IMG/VR virus record: IMGVR_UViG_3300045988_174698
Reading direction: 5' to 3' (one strand)
Origin: a virus
DNA length: 64,000 nt
This document shows positions 13,574-28,672 of the stretch, one piece after another; the first letter of the stretch is position 1; every line of letters starts with the position of its first letter. The notes below the pieces were generated by a model that did no database searches, had not been told where the DNA came from, and was given only the letters and a program-made list of their open reading frames with translations. Both the position numbers and the translations under genes were made by a program.

Positions 13574-15451
13574 ATGAAGATAAAAAGATATCAAACAGGG
13601 GGTATATACTATACCCCCTTTTCTAGAGATTCAATAGCTCAGCAAGAATCTCAAAACACACCAAGTACAACAACAGATAATAAAAAAGAAGAACTTATAC
13701 AGAAGGAAATTATTAATGTACTGAAGGAAAATGGGCTTCCTAATGATGTTGATTATTTTCTGTCTAGAGCTAACACATTTCTAAGAAAGTCTCAAAATTT
13801 AGGATCGCTGTTTGAAGGAAACCAGGAAACATCTTACGATATGTCAGATTTAATTAGAATACAATCTTTGGCTAATAGAATTAAACATAATAACAGTTTA
13901 TATCAACAGGCTAGCAAACAAATTAATGATGAAGGAGCTGGATCAGAAGTAGCTATTACTAATACTGGTGGCATGTATGTTTTTGATAATGATAATGGCG
14001 TTAAAATAGTATCTTTAGATACATATTATGAAAATCCAGATAAATATAGGATATTAACAAACTCGGAGTTAATCCGACTTAGAGAAGAACAACCAGAGTT
14101 AGCTTACAATAGTGATATTCTAACTGACTTATCAAATACTGTTGGCATGGAGTCAATAGTAGATTATGTGAAATCAACTATTGGTGCTTTTGGTACTAAT
14201 AAATCTTCAAATCAATTTGATAGATATACTTCGAAGCAAAAAGATCAAATTGAAAAAGGATTTGAACAGTTGTTGGGTTTTGATTCTCCTGATGGCATAT
14301 ATAAAGTTACAGAATCTACTAATACTTCTGATCAAGGATATAGTGACGATAAAAGCTTAGAAGCTGCTGTTAATTATCTTTATAGAACATTACCTAGAAA
14401 TATGAAAAATGTCTTAAGAGCCAATGCAACAGCTGAAGGTTTAAATCCAAATGACCCCAAAGATGTTCAAAATTTATTAAAAATAGCAGTTATTGAACAT
14501 ACTGATCATACTAGGGAAATTAAACAACAATTAGATTATGATTCTACAGCTAGTAGTGCTAGTGGAAAAGGGTCATCAAGTAAACAGGTTGAAATGACTC
14601 GTGAGGAAATGATTACTACTGGAAACGGAGGCGTTCAATATACTCCTATAACTATTGCACATTCTAAGTCTAAAGGAGGTATAAAAGCTTTAGCACAGCC
14701 TTATGGCAAACCAATAGATACCACTGGTAAGCAAATTGGTATGGGTACACTTAGAGATGTGTTTGCTAAAGAAGATAGACTGGGATCAAGTTTAGCTTTA
14801 AACTCAATAACATTTGGAAATAGATTACTTACAGAAAGTGAATTAGATAAAGTAGTTTATGATGGAGTAAGTAATATTGAAAGAACATACTTACCGATTG
14901 ATCAAAACATATATGTGACAACAGGTAAGAAAACTCCTGATCTAGATGCACAAAATAGGTTTGAAAAATTCCAAGAATGACTTAATGCTGGATATGGAGT
15001 CACTCCAAATAGTATAACTATGAAGTTGAACGAACTAAATCTTGATATTTATAGAGAACCAGAAACAGGAGAATGAGCATTTAGAGAAGCCCATCCTTTT
15101 ATTATTGTCAATGGGTATGTTAGTGATAAAGCTGTTGACATTGATGACTCTGAATGAGTTGATCATGTAAATAGGGACGAGGGGTCTTATATATTTGATT
15201 TATACTCTAAATATATTAATTATGGGTCAGATACTCCTTCGAAAAGTAAACATAGAAATAACTTTGATGGAGGATTATTTGGTATAGGAGACGCATCCTC
15301 AATGTATAAAAGTGCTATATTTATTCCAATAACAGATAGTGCTATTGCAACAGTAGTATCTAATCATCAATTAACAAGTGCTAGTAATTATACAGATATG
15401 TTAAATCGCAGGAGACTACTACAGGAGTCTCAAATACAGACAAATTTCTAA
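13574..15451 (+). CDS. large virion protein (~625 aa), unknown function
   Basis: Frame 2 with internal TGAs (14978, 15040, 15136...); TAA at 15449. Confidence 0.55.
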
Positions 15452-15453
15452 TT

Positions 15454-18400
15454 ATGATTGAGCAGAAGAAAAATGATTGGTTGGCGACCTTATTCTTTTC
15501 GCCTAATAAAACTCCACAAGACTTAGCTAATTTAGGTATAACAACTGATAATTCCAGCTTATTAGACAAGGAGTATTACAAAAAAGTTCCTCAAATACAA
15601 GAAGCTTTTAAAGACAAGTCTGGTAATTTTGACGATAATAAATTTGATCAGTACTATCAAACAGCTTTAAAGTTATATAATGATGCTGATAATAGTAAAT
15701 TAGTTCAGGATTTACAGGATTTCTATGAATATGATCCTAATGATTACTTTGCTCCTATAGGGGGGAAAGTAACGAATATGAGACCAAAATTAGTTCAATT
15801 TTCTAATCCTGAGAGAAGAAGTAGGGGACTAAGTAATCTTAGAGAATCTTCTGCTCCAACAATGTCTATTAGAGAAGTTGCTCAAACTAATAAGGTATTT
15901 AACTTTGATACCCAGCAATTTGAAGATTGGACTCCTAATGATTGAGGAGGATTATCAGCAGTGACAAGACCTACATTAGTATTAGCTCAATGAGATGAAG
16001 ATGGGGAACATGAGATTAATGGTAGGATTGTTAAGCACAATAAAGGAGACCTAAAATTCAATGAAAGTGGAGATCCTTTTTATGAGACTCTGGGAAATAG
16101 AGATATTGCAAATAAAGATATATTGCATATATCTGACACTTTAACTATCGATGGTAGCAAGTGAGATAAATATAATTTCTTTGATTCAGACGATCTGGAT
16201 AAAAGTGTCGTTGGCACAATGGCTAAAACAGCTTTTAAGGTTGGTATGATGTTTATTCCAGGTGTTGGAAAATATTATGGAGCGATGACTGCTGCTAAGG
16301 AATTAGGAAAATTATTTCCTGTACTTTTTAAAAGTATTGAAGGCATCGCAACTGGAGATATATCAACATCAAGATCAGCTCAGATGGCAACTGATATACA
16401 AGCATGATTTTCTCGGTTCGATAGTAGCGTCTCTGACTATGGAAGACAGAGTTTTTGGAATGTAGAAAATTTAGGTAAATTAATTGAAGATAGCTCTATG
16501 CAATTATTCCAACAAAGAGTTATTGGAAATATTCCAAAGATGTTTATTCCAAAAAATTCTATTCCTAGTGAAAATGCCATTAAATGAGGTAGAGGATTAG
16601 CTTTAGCTTATATGGCTGGAACTTCTTCCACTGAAGCGTATAATGCGTTTAAGGAAGCAGGTGCTTCAGACAGAGTAGCGGGTTTAGGTATGTTATCTAC
16701 TATGGGAGCTATGTATGGTTTGATGAATAATGACTATTTCAAAGACTTTTGGTTTAGAGATACATATTTAGATAAGGCGAAAGTCCGCTCTGTTGTTAAG
16801 GAAGCTGCTGAACAATTATCATCTAAAGAATTTGCATTAGAGACCGCTAAGAAAACATCTACTTCTAAAGGAGCAGCTAAATGGCTTCTAGATATGCAGA
16901 AGAACATAGTAAACCGCATATCTAAGATGAAACCTGGAAATCTAATTCATGATTCTCTAAATGAAGGTGTTGAGGAAACTGTAGAAGAAATAACATCTGA
17001 TGCAATAAAAGCATTATATTCAGGTTTAAATGCACTAGGTATTGCTGATAAAGAAAGGAATTACAACTTTGGAATTACTCCAGAGGATATGATATCTAGA
17101 TATTTTACTTCATTTGTAGGAGGTGGTATTGGTGGCGCTGTATTTAGTTTACATAATAGATTTGATAGGAAAAATAACCCCATACTTAATAGTACACTAA
17201 CTCAAAATGATGATTCTCTAAAAGAGATAATTTATCTTTTAAGAGATGGTAAGGAGAACCAATTAAGAATGGAGTTAGATAGATTACATAAAGCTGGTAA
17301 GTTAGGTAGTACAAATCTTTCAGGCACTGAGTTAGAGTTTGTCAAAGATGGTAATATTACAAAAGCTCAGTATAAAAGTACCAGTTCTGGTGATTCACAA
17401 AATGATCTTTTATATCAACAAATAGGATTTTATATTGATAGAATTAATGAAGTTCTTAAAGAGGAAGGGTTAGATTTAAGTGATGCTGAGTTACAATATA
17501 TTACCCAACAAGCTGATATAGCAGGCAAGTCTATTGAAGAGACTAGGCAAGGGTATCTAAATCTTAAGAAGTTAAGCAAACAACAAACAATAGAGGATAA
17601 GATTATCTCATCTGGTTTGTATAGTCAAATTTTTGAAGATTGGAATAATTTAACTTCTGAAATAATCAAAACCAAAGTAGAACTAGAAAACTTGTTGACT
17701 CCAGCAGATAATGAACCAAAAACTCCAAAAGATATTGAAGCTCGTATTGAGGCTATGAGAAATAATAGTGAATATCAACGTCTTAGACTTAAGATAGACA
17801 CTCTTAGAGCTCAACGAGATGAAATACTTACTGGAAAGAAAAATGATTTCTATACAGGGCAGTTATTATTTGCTGCAAGTCCTCAATTAGTAGACAATTT
17901 TGTATCAGGATTTGGTATACATAATTATACTCGTTGGAAGTATAAGAAAGAATATGATAGTCTTCAGCAAGATGAAAAAGATAAAATTGATGCTGAATAT
18001 CAAGCATATAGTTCTTTAGAAGAAAAACAAAAAGTACTAACTGCTTATAATATTTTCTCTGAGATGCAGGAAAGTATGATTAATACTATGAAATCAGTAG
18101 GAGAAAAGATTAAAGATAGTAGTAAAATATACCTACCAGGAGCTACAGACTACAATGTTATATATGATCAAATTTCTAATAGACTAAAAGAGAGTAGAAC
18201 TGCTCTAGATAAGGCTATTGAAAATCTTCCAGAAGGAATATCATCTAATGAGGAAATAGATAATTTAAAATTAGATATTTCTAGGTTAGAGAACCACTTA
18301 AATCAAATTAAAAGCCTTAAATTTGAAGTCTTAAATCCAGCATTAAGCGAAGAAGGACGTAATATTCTTTATAGACCTGTAAGAATAGCAGATACAAGCT

Positions 18401-21400
18401 TAGCGTTTGATAACTACACTGATTCATATCTTGGCTATTTAGAATATATTAAGAATAATAATCTATATCTTGACTTAGTTGACTCAGATTTATCTAGTAT
18501 ATTATATAATTGAATTCAAATTAATAATTTAGAGAGTAATAATCAAGCTAATTGAATTAATAGAATTCAGTCTATTCTTGACAGTCAAGGAATTGACTTA
18601 GAAGGAATGGATGATGATATAGCAAACTTATCTAGTGAGTTGATTAAGATAGTTGATTATATTAAAAAGAATAATATTTCAGGAGCATTAGATCACTACA
18701 ATTATATTCTTAGAAGCGATCTGTCTGATACATTTAGTAATATATATCAGCTTGATTTAAAGAGTATACTACCAATTTTATTACCTTCTTTTGGAAGTAG
18801 ATCGTTCTATGATTATTTAGGAGAGGTACTAAATATCAAATCACAAATTGATACTAATCCTATATATGAATTAATTGAAGCGGCTTCAAATGTCGCTGGG
18901 TTAGATAATCAAGAGGTAACTAAATTAATTAGAGAGGAACAATTTAACTTTATTAACTCCAAGAAAGTAGAAGACTTTATTATCAGAGATAGACATTCTC
19001 TTGATAAATTAAAAGAAACAGTTAAATTAATTGATGCTATCTCAGCAATACTTGATGCTTCAGTAGATGGGGGCTTTAATAGCAAAATTAATGAATTTAG
19101 AGAATCATTAGAAAAAGAACTGTTACCTATAATAAGTGTTCAAGGGCAAATTAATATTATTTCTGATCTAGCACGAGTTAAGAATCAGTTAATAACCTTA
19201 ATAGATATTTCTGAAAGAAATCAATCTCAGAAACTTAGAGAGCAGAGAGATATAGCTATAAATATGAAGTCTAAATTTATTAGCTTGCTAACTGATGATA
19301 CTTCTATTCTTAAGGATAGGTTTATTAAGATATTCGGTATTGATTTAAAACAATTATCCTCAGATATTGAAATACCTTCTAGTGGAGAAGATATAGACTT
19401 TCCTCAATTAGAGCAAGCTTCTATAGCATTAGAAACTCGTATTTTTGAAGCAGTTAAAGATCTAAATCTTTCTGCTGATGAAGTAGCCGACAAAATAGTT
19501 TCGTTATTTGATAGTAATGAACTAGTAAAGTCAGCTCCAACTACTCTTAGTAAAAATCCTAGCACTGAGATTACTGTATATGATCAAATGGTTTATATTT
19601 CCACAATACTATCAACTCCTTCTCAAAATTTTTATAAAAAATTAAAAGAAGTAATTAGTAGCGAGGAATTTAGAAACGCTCCAATATTTTCTCAAGAATA
19701 CGCAGTAAGAGTAGCTTATTCTCAAATACTAAATAAGGATTTATTTAATAGTATTATAATTAAATTAAAAGATATTTTCCAGGATAATCCTGATACATAT
19801 ATTAAAACTAAAAGTCCTTTATTTAATTTTACAGTAGTATTTGGAGGAGCTGGAGTTGGTAAGACTAAAGGTGTTGCATTCTTATTAAAGAAGATGTTTG
19901 AAGATGCAAATTATATAACCTCAGCTCCAACGAGAAAGCAAACGGATAGACTTACAGATAGTGTTGAAAGTGATGGAAATTCATTTACTAAGAATGAACT
20001 TATAGAAAAAATACTGGGACGACAAATAAAGGATTCTGATATTTCATACATTAAGGATGGTGATAATAATATTAGTATTACTAGTAATGTTAATATAGAA
20101 GTTCTTAAAACTAATCTATTTGGTGATTCTAAGAATAAGATCTTATTTATAGATGAGATTAGTTGATATGATAGAATAGAGCTAGAGTTGATTAGTAAAT
20201 GAGCTAATACTAATAATGTATCAGTAATAGCATTTGGAGATTATAAACAGAATGCAGTTCAAACAGTATTTGGAAAGGAAGTTATTGATAGTGGAATTGA
20301 GGATACTATTAATATTAAAACTCCTGATCTTATTGCTCCACTACGACCTGATAATATAGCTAAATATGATAATTATATATCCTTGTCTCAGAGATTAGAC
20401 GAGATATATAAGCAATATTATAATAACCCTGCTATAGAGCCAAAATATCTTAGTGAATTTGCTGAAAAGTATTTACAATCTAATCCTATTGAGTTTAAAT
20501 ATTTTGAAGATAGTTTTATATTTGGAGGAGAAAAAATTATTAAAGAAGATGAAGTATTTTCACATATAGAAAAGTTAAAACAGTATTCTTCAGATATTGC
20601 AATAATTACGGACAATCCTAAGAAATATAACACTACCAAAGGAGTTAAAATTGTTCCTTTAAATAGTGTCCAGGGTGATGAATTTGATTATATTATTATT
20701 GATAAAAACTTTGGATTAACAAATGAAGGTAAAAGTCGAGGAGAATTCTATAAATTAAAAGATTTATATACTCTAACTCAACGATCAAGAAAAGGATCAA
20801 TTATTGTATCTAGAGGACTAGGAAATACAATATCTTCTAAACAAGATTCGACATCATCTGGAAACATTGAAATGCCAGAATCTCAAATTCAAGATTTTAA
20901 AGAATGAAGAATAAATGCTATTCCAGATATTACTGAATCAATAGAGTTTGAAGAATATCAATCTCAACAGCCTAATAATGAACAAGCTAACGCTCCTGTA
21001 GAGCCTGCTAATAATTCAGTAGCTACAGAAAATAGCACTCCTACTACAAGCCCAATAGAAAGAGATACTGAAGTTGAGTTTACCAATCCTATAAAGCCAG
21101 AGGTACACCAAGTATCTATGGCTCCTGAGCATACAGAACCTGTAAATAACTTACAAAATACTGTTACTTCAGATATCGAGACTAGTAAACCTATAACTAG
21201 ACCAGCTAAACCAGTAGTAGGAGCTAATGAATATGTAAGTACAGCGGAGAGTTGGATTGATTTTATTAATAATGATCTAATTAAATTTTATCAAACTACT
21301 GATAATAATTTGAAGAATATTATTAATACTACTCCTGAAATTACAGTACAAATTTCAAATTTAGTAAGAGCTTTCTTTGTTAATAATAGACATAAAGATA

Positions 21401-23142
21401 ATAAAGAAATATTTGAAGCATCTCTTAAAATATTGTCTAGAGAAATTCAATCGTTTATTCCTGGATCATTAGGTCGTAAGTATTCTAATGAGATTCTAAA
21501 TCTATTAAAAACTACTCCTAAATTTTATATTATACCATATAATAATAGGGGACTATTAGTAGTAAGATTAACATTAGATTCTAAAACTGTTGATTTCCCA
21601 TTGTTAGTTACAGATCCAGTTATTGGAGAGTACTTTGGGGATATTTTAGCAGTATCGCCTCTTCGTAAGGAAAGTGCTATAGATTCAAATACTTCAGTTA
21701 ATTTATCAAATTTTAGACAATCAGCTATTAATCCAAAAGGATACTTTAGAGCATTTAATAAACCTGTTGTATTATCAGTAAATTCTGCGGAGAGAACTAA
21801 ATATAGTGGCGATCAACAAGAATGATTAAATCAAAGAAATAATGGTAATACATTTATGGTTGTGTCAAGTGACCCTTATGTAACTGATGATGATTTTAAA
21901 GAATTCTTAGCAGCCACTACTAATGGTTCTATTAAAACATATAGTACTCAACATGATTACAGATTTGCTCTAATTGGGATGAACTGATTAGTGTCTATAG
22001 ATGATATCATCAAGCAGTCTAATAATAGGAAAAATTATGATATTATTCCAGGATATAGAAGCTCAGTGATTGCTAAGTATGTATATAAAGTAGCTCCAGA
22101 TAGAGTTAGAGAGGCTATTAGAATACATTTAAATACCTCTAAATATCCTAACCAGCGTATTAGAATAAATGGTATAGTGTATAAAGATGCAGAATTAGCT
22201 ATCCAAAATATATCTAATGATTCTAATATAGAGTTTGGTTATGAAATTAATGGAGACTTTAAATATCAGTCTGGAGTAGCTACTATGAATACTATTTTGT
22301 ATAAGATAGTAAATAGAGAATCAGTAATTTCAATTAATGATGGTCAAATTGAACAATTAAAACAGTTATGTTTAGAGGCTCCTGAATTTAAAATGGGTAT
22401 TTATGGAAGAGATGTTATTGATACTCAAGTTAATCCTGCTGGAGATTATTGGTATGCTATTCAAGGTCATGATTATAATACTAATATACCCATGATTATT
22501 GGTAATGACTATAGTATTGATTTGTCAGCAGTTAATAACGAACAAGCAGCAGAAGATAAAAAAGTAGTAGAATCTGTTAACGAACAATTACAAGAGTTAA
22601 AACTTAATGAAGTTATTGTCACTAAAGATAACATAGATACAGCTATTGAATCTATTAATTCTGAAATAGCTTCTAAAGTTCAATCTACAGAATTTGATGT
22701 AGTTAAAGTTGAAGGAAAAGCAATTACAACAGAATCAGTATTTGATCCTAAAGTAATGATATCTAATCAACTAAATACTCCAAAAGAAACTATTCATTTT
22801 TATAGAGATAAGATTTCTGACTTTGAACCATTTTTTGTATCTTTGCAAGACAAGAATTATACATACGTTCTTGAAAAGAAAAATAATGTGTGAAATATTA
22901 GAACATTTAATATAGCAGATGCGTATATTAAATTTAGAGATGCTATGAATAGTATGAGTGATATTATTGTAGCTAATCCTAATTTAAGTAAGTATATAAC
23001 TGCTTTAATATTAAATCAGGAAGTAGATAAATTAACTGCAGAATCTTATTGAAATGAAATTAATAGTAACACTGCATTAATAGGGCTGCAGCAAGAAGTT
23101 GAAGAATATTTAATTAATAAATTAAAGAACAATGAGTGTTAA
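15454..23142 (+). CDS. giant virion protein (~2560 aa) with embedded SF1B (Dda/RecD/Pif1-like) helicase/ATPase domain
   Basis: Nine track ORFs (15454..15945 through 21991..22893) are all frame 1 and separated only by TGA; TAA at 23140. Helicase-like motifs: Walker A GGAGVGKT (~19850), motif III AFGDYKQNAVQ, motif VI VQGDEFDYIIID and LYTLTQRSRKGS. Confidence 0.65.
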
Positions 23143-26100
23143 GTGTGGATACACAATTAAGTATTATCCTCTATTAAGCAGAGTCTTTAATACAAGTACA
23201 GATGAAGAATTTAAATCGTTTTTAGAGGAATATTTTATAGATCCAGATAGTGTATATAGAATGTTCTTGGGTGGGATTTCAACAAATCCTACCCAGACAT
23301 CTATATTTGAACCTAAGAAAATTAGTAGTAGAACTGGATGAGAAGTAAAAACTGATAGTAAATCAGCACAACAGTTTTATATTGGACAGTCTGTTCAATA
23401 TAATAAGATGACAAGTGACTTTGTTAAGAGAATTATATCTTTATCAGTATTTGATCTAGCAAGTGAGCAGTTTATAGATGCTAATAGAAAAGTTGGAGAT
23501 CTAACAGTATTAAATAGAGGTATTTTTGAATACAAAAAGGAGTTGCTATGATATGTATTATCATATTTAGGAAAACCTTCTCCTAATTTGGATAGTATGA
23601 CTGACGTAGATATTGAATCTACTATAGAAAGTACACTATCTGAATTTAGTAGTTATATAAATAATTCTCCTAATCTTGATAATAAATATTATCAAGCTTA
23701 TAATTCATATGTAACTCTTAGAACATTTGACGATCTATTAAAGCAATTAACACCATTTGTCTCTATTAATCCAGAATATAGTAAGTCTTCAATATATTCT
23801 AGAAATAGATATATTTATAATGGTCCTAATGTTACTCACTATACAGGATTTAGTACTAATGAATTTATGTCTCAAGAAGAAAGTGTTAGTGACCTTGCTA
23901 AGATACTCTTAAATTATCTTCCAGAAGTTAATATAAATGGAGATATTATTGATGGGACCTCTATTTCGTTATCTGGGTTTAATTCTGTAATGGGGAAGAT
24001 GAAATTATGAGCTGAAGAAAGTTCTAATCCAGAAGTAAAAGAAGAGCTTAAGAAAGGAACTAAAATGGATGTTAGTAAGCTCATATCTTTATATGAACAA
24101 GAACTATCTAACAGAAAAGTTTCTAATCCTGAGCATATAACTTATTTAAGATCAAAGTTATCAGCTATAAAAAGATTTATATATGACTCTAAAATGCATG
24201 AGGATATTAAAGACATGTTTACACATCTAATGGAAAAAACTGTTCTCTCAAGTTATGTTAGTTATGAGCAGAAAGATGGTAAAAGCATGGAAGTTAGAAA
24301 TCTAACACAACGTCCTATTAAAATGCAAAGAGAAGCAATAGTAGAAACAGTAAAGGCTATTACTCAATATTGAAAGCAAAATAGATCTAGATTTAATGAG
24401 TTACTTAGGAAGTATAATGTTAGAGGTATAGGTTCTGTTATATCTATTGGAGATAGTAGAATTACATTAGAGGGAAATGGAAAAATATCTATTACTGGTC
24501 CTATAAGTAATTTTAATGAAATAGTTGGGGACTTTGTTAATTTATTAATATCAGATGATTTTGATCAGGTAGCTAGTCAAGTATTTCCAAATAGTAACTA
24601 TACTAAGTATGAGTTATATGCTCCTGTATTAGGAACTGTAATTTTTGATGTTATCAACAACAGTAATACTAATCTCAATTTTGGACAGAGTAATGATTTA
24701 GGTAGAGTACTCAGTGTTATTAATGGATCAGATACAGTTAATGTCATTAAAAATGCAGAAGGTAATAACTTACCATTATATCAGATGATTTGTTTAAGTT
24801 ATCAACATAATGGTGTTTTTAATGAAATTAGTAAACAGATTGATGATAAAGATCTATATATGTCACAGTATCATGACAATGCTGTATATAAAAATATACA
24901 ACATGTCAAAAGTCCTAAAATTCGATCAGAAGTAACTATTAATGGAGTTACAAAGCAATCTTCTGCTCTTACAGCAAATGACGTTATGCACTTATCTATT
25001 GTATATGACTTTTATCAAGGCCTAACTATGGATCAATCTCATACTGAAGGATCTAGGTCTAAATCAGGAATTGTTGGTATTCAAAGTCATGTATATTCTG
25101 ATAAGAATAAACACTTTGTAATGCAGTTTGATTTAAATCAAACATGAGATTTTGGCAACGGTAATTCATTTAATATCAAATCTGTCCTAGATCAGTACTT
25201 TAAATCTGGAAATGAAATTGATTTAGAACCTATAAAGAAAGCTTGGTTTGAAAGTAATAAATCTCAGATAGAGAGTGTGATAGAAACTATTCTATCAGAT
25301 TATAGACAAGTATATCCAAATAAAGAATTTAATTCTATACATGATATTAAGGTATTCTTAGCTAAGAATAAAATAAATAAGGTTAGGGAAGATTTTGCTA
25401 GAGCTAATGTTGAATTTATTGATGAAATACATGCATCTAAAACTAAAGCAGGATGAGTGTTTAATGAAACTTTAGAAAATTTTGCTAATATATTTAGTAA
25501 TAGAGATAAGTTTAATGAGTTTTACAAAAGTCAGTTTACTAAATTTTTAGAGGATAGTTCTGGAGCTTGGTCCACTATTTCAGTAGATCAAAATATTGTT
25601 AACTCTTTTAAACAGAATAATCCTAAATTTGTAAAGGATGGTAAACTTCTCAAAGAAGTTAATGGGGTTATTAATCCTTTATTAGGTGCTTATTTTATTA
25701 CCGATTCATTTCTATCAAATGAATATAATAAAATGATGGTCGGAGATGTCTATGCTCACCCTAATAAAGAAAAAGAAAGTCCTACCACAAATGGATATCT
25801 AGATCATAGTCTAGCTTCTAGATGAATATCTCAGGTAAAACGTATGGTTATTTATGGAGCTACATATCATTCTCTCGCACAAGGTTTAAAAAATGGAGTG
25901 CCAGAAAGAGTTAAAATGGCTGTTATGTCTGATATGGGATCAAATGTAAGTAACATATCTGGAATGTCTAGTACTGTAGATTCTATGGATGGTTCAGGTT
26001 ATACTAGTCCATTTATGTCTAGATGAGAGAATGTATCTCTTATAGACGCTGCAGTAGGAGCTAACAAGAAAACTATCTTTCATGATGTTGATGCTAAACA

Positions 26101-28672
26101 CGGACTACCGAAATTACTTAAATGGGCTGAATATGAGATAACTAATGCTATCAGAAGAAATAGTTCTGATACTAGTATGGAAAACATCTTCAAGAAAATG
26201 CACAGTTTGGAATTGCCTTTAGATGTTACCATAGATTATGACAAGCAATTTGATGATCTATTCTTTAGGGATAATGTCAGTGGAAAATATTATAAAATAT
26301 TACATATTAATATCTCAAATAATGTAGCTCATAGAGAATTAGTTGAAGTTACTAAAGAAGGTGTTCCTATTAATCCTGATAATATTATTACTAATGATAA
26401 GCTAATTAAAAGTATATATGATATAGATCAAACATTTGGTGGTGCATGAGCTATGAAAATAGATAATCGTACCAATAATCTTCAGTATTCAGAACATAAT
26501 CTAGATTATACTAATCAAATTATTTGTGATTATGATCTTAAAGATTCTATGATTAGTTGGTTGGTAAATAAGTCAGCTATTAAAGTTGGAGCTTCAAATA
26601 TTAATGATGTAACTTCTTGAAATGATGGTACTCCATTATTATTTACTACAATGTCTACTAAGTTTGGAGGTGTTCAAATGAATGCTGATCATGAACTTGA
26701 TGAAGCAGAGGTAACTGAAATGACTCAAATGATTAGTGGTCTTGAACAAAACGGATATACTCATCATTTAGCAACACGAGTTTATGAAGAAATTGGTAAA
26801 TTCTGTTATGATGCTATTAGTAAAATTCAGGATATTATTTATAATGGAAATAAGGATGATCTTTACAAAATATTTGGAAAAGCTGTTATTAACGCATTTG
26901 CTGGCGGTAGTAAGGATACTCTAGGTTTAGCTCAGTCCTTTGTAAAACTTGCTCAGGAAGGACTAGAAAATAATAATTTAGAATATAGAATACCTTTTAG
27001 TTCTTCATCTATCAATGGCATTTTTAACTCTACAGTCACATCCTCTCTAGTAAGAGATGCGATTAGGCGTCACTACAATGGTGTTGCGGCAGTATTAAAT
27101 CCCTCATATAATGTAGTTCAATATCATACAATTAATGGTAACAATTATCGATATGAAGAATTAATAGATTTAATTGCAGAAGCTACAAGAGGTACAACTT
27201 ATGAGGGAATGACCGTAGATGATGCTGTAAATAAAGTTTTTGTTGTTGATACAAATGGAAATGTGGTTGTAAATCCATTTATTGATGATATTACTCCAGA
27301 TAACCCAGTAGATTTTGAGGATACTATTATCGTATGAGGAGAAAATAATCAAGTAGTAAAAATAGATAAAATAGATAGTTACAATAAATATATATACTAT
27401 CGATTATATGAGCCTGGGCGTATTAGTAGGTGGACAACTAAAGCTAAAAATCTTAAAGGATCAGATACTACTTTTGTAGCTAATGGACGTAAATATAGTA
27501 TGTTTGAAAGTCCTTATACTCAGGTGCTTCATTATTTTATTGAAAGTGATAGTAGTGCTACTAATATAGAGACCCTTAGAGATGAGCTACGTAGTGAAGT
27601 AATAAAATCAATACCTAATGAAAGAGCTGATGAAAATGTTATAGAGAATATAGTAAATAGCAGATTACAACTTATAGTAAATGAAATTACTCCATTTATG
27701 CCAAAAGGATTTACAGAAAAAACTTCATTTACAAAATATATTCCTAATATTAAAAAAGCTTTAATCAAAAAGCAGCAATCTGTTCTTAATAATTTAGCTG
27801 ATGGTAAGCCTATTGATTGAGGAGGATTAATGTTAAATGCTACAGAGTATAAAGTTATCCCAGCACAGATTATTATGGGTAAGCTTTATGCTAAAGAGTT
27901 AGGATTGCTTCCTGGTGATTCTATTGCTAAAATTAAGGAACAAGGTCCAGAGTTCTTTATAAATAGAATTGATGGCTACTACAATTTCTATGATAATGCA
28001 GATGAGTTAACTTATGACTGAACTTTATTTGATGGTGCAGGAAATAAGTTATATGTTAAACTTAGAAATCCTAAGATTAATGAACTGTTTACTAATTCAT
28101 CTTTAGATTCTGATTATAAGATTATTGATGGTTCAGTATACTTTAATGGTAATGAAATCTGCTCTTCTGAAGGAAAACAATTCTTAAAATATACTGATTC
28201 TGATAATGTTCAACATAATGTAGTTATTATTGATTCAATAGATAGACTCAAAGAGTTAGAAAATTCTAAGATGTTTACCTATACTCATAGAAATTATAGA
28301 ATTGATAACTATGTTGACTTAGTAAAAGAAGAGTTTGGAGAAGGAACATCTATTCAATTAACTTACCGACCAACTGGAAGTAGAAAATATACTACTAGTA
28401 ATATTGCTGAATTTAATGATAAACTTGAAATAATTCGAGCATTAGCTGAAAATCAAGATTATAATTGAACTAAACAAATTAGAAAATTAGCAGAAAATAA
28501 GTATAAATCTTTTGAAAAGAGTTTATATTTTGTTGGTACACGTATTCCTTGTCAGTCTATGCAATCGTTTGCTCCTATGGAAATTATTACATTTACTGAT
28601 AGTGAAGTAAATGAGGTATACGTTCCGACACAAATTTTCTACTTGGAAGGATCTGACTTGGATAAACTTTCT
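23132..28672 (+). CDS. exon 1 of an intron-split giant virion gene (~1847 aa of a ~2830-aa product)
   Basis: Eleven track ORFs from 23132 to 28468 are all in frame 2 and joined by TGA. The boundary is placed at U 28672 by frame arithmetic and a UUUCU/GGAAA P1 pairing. Confidence 0.55.
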
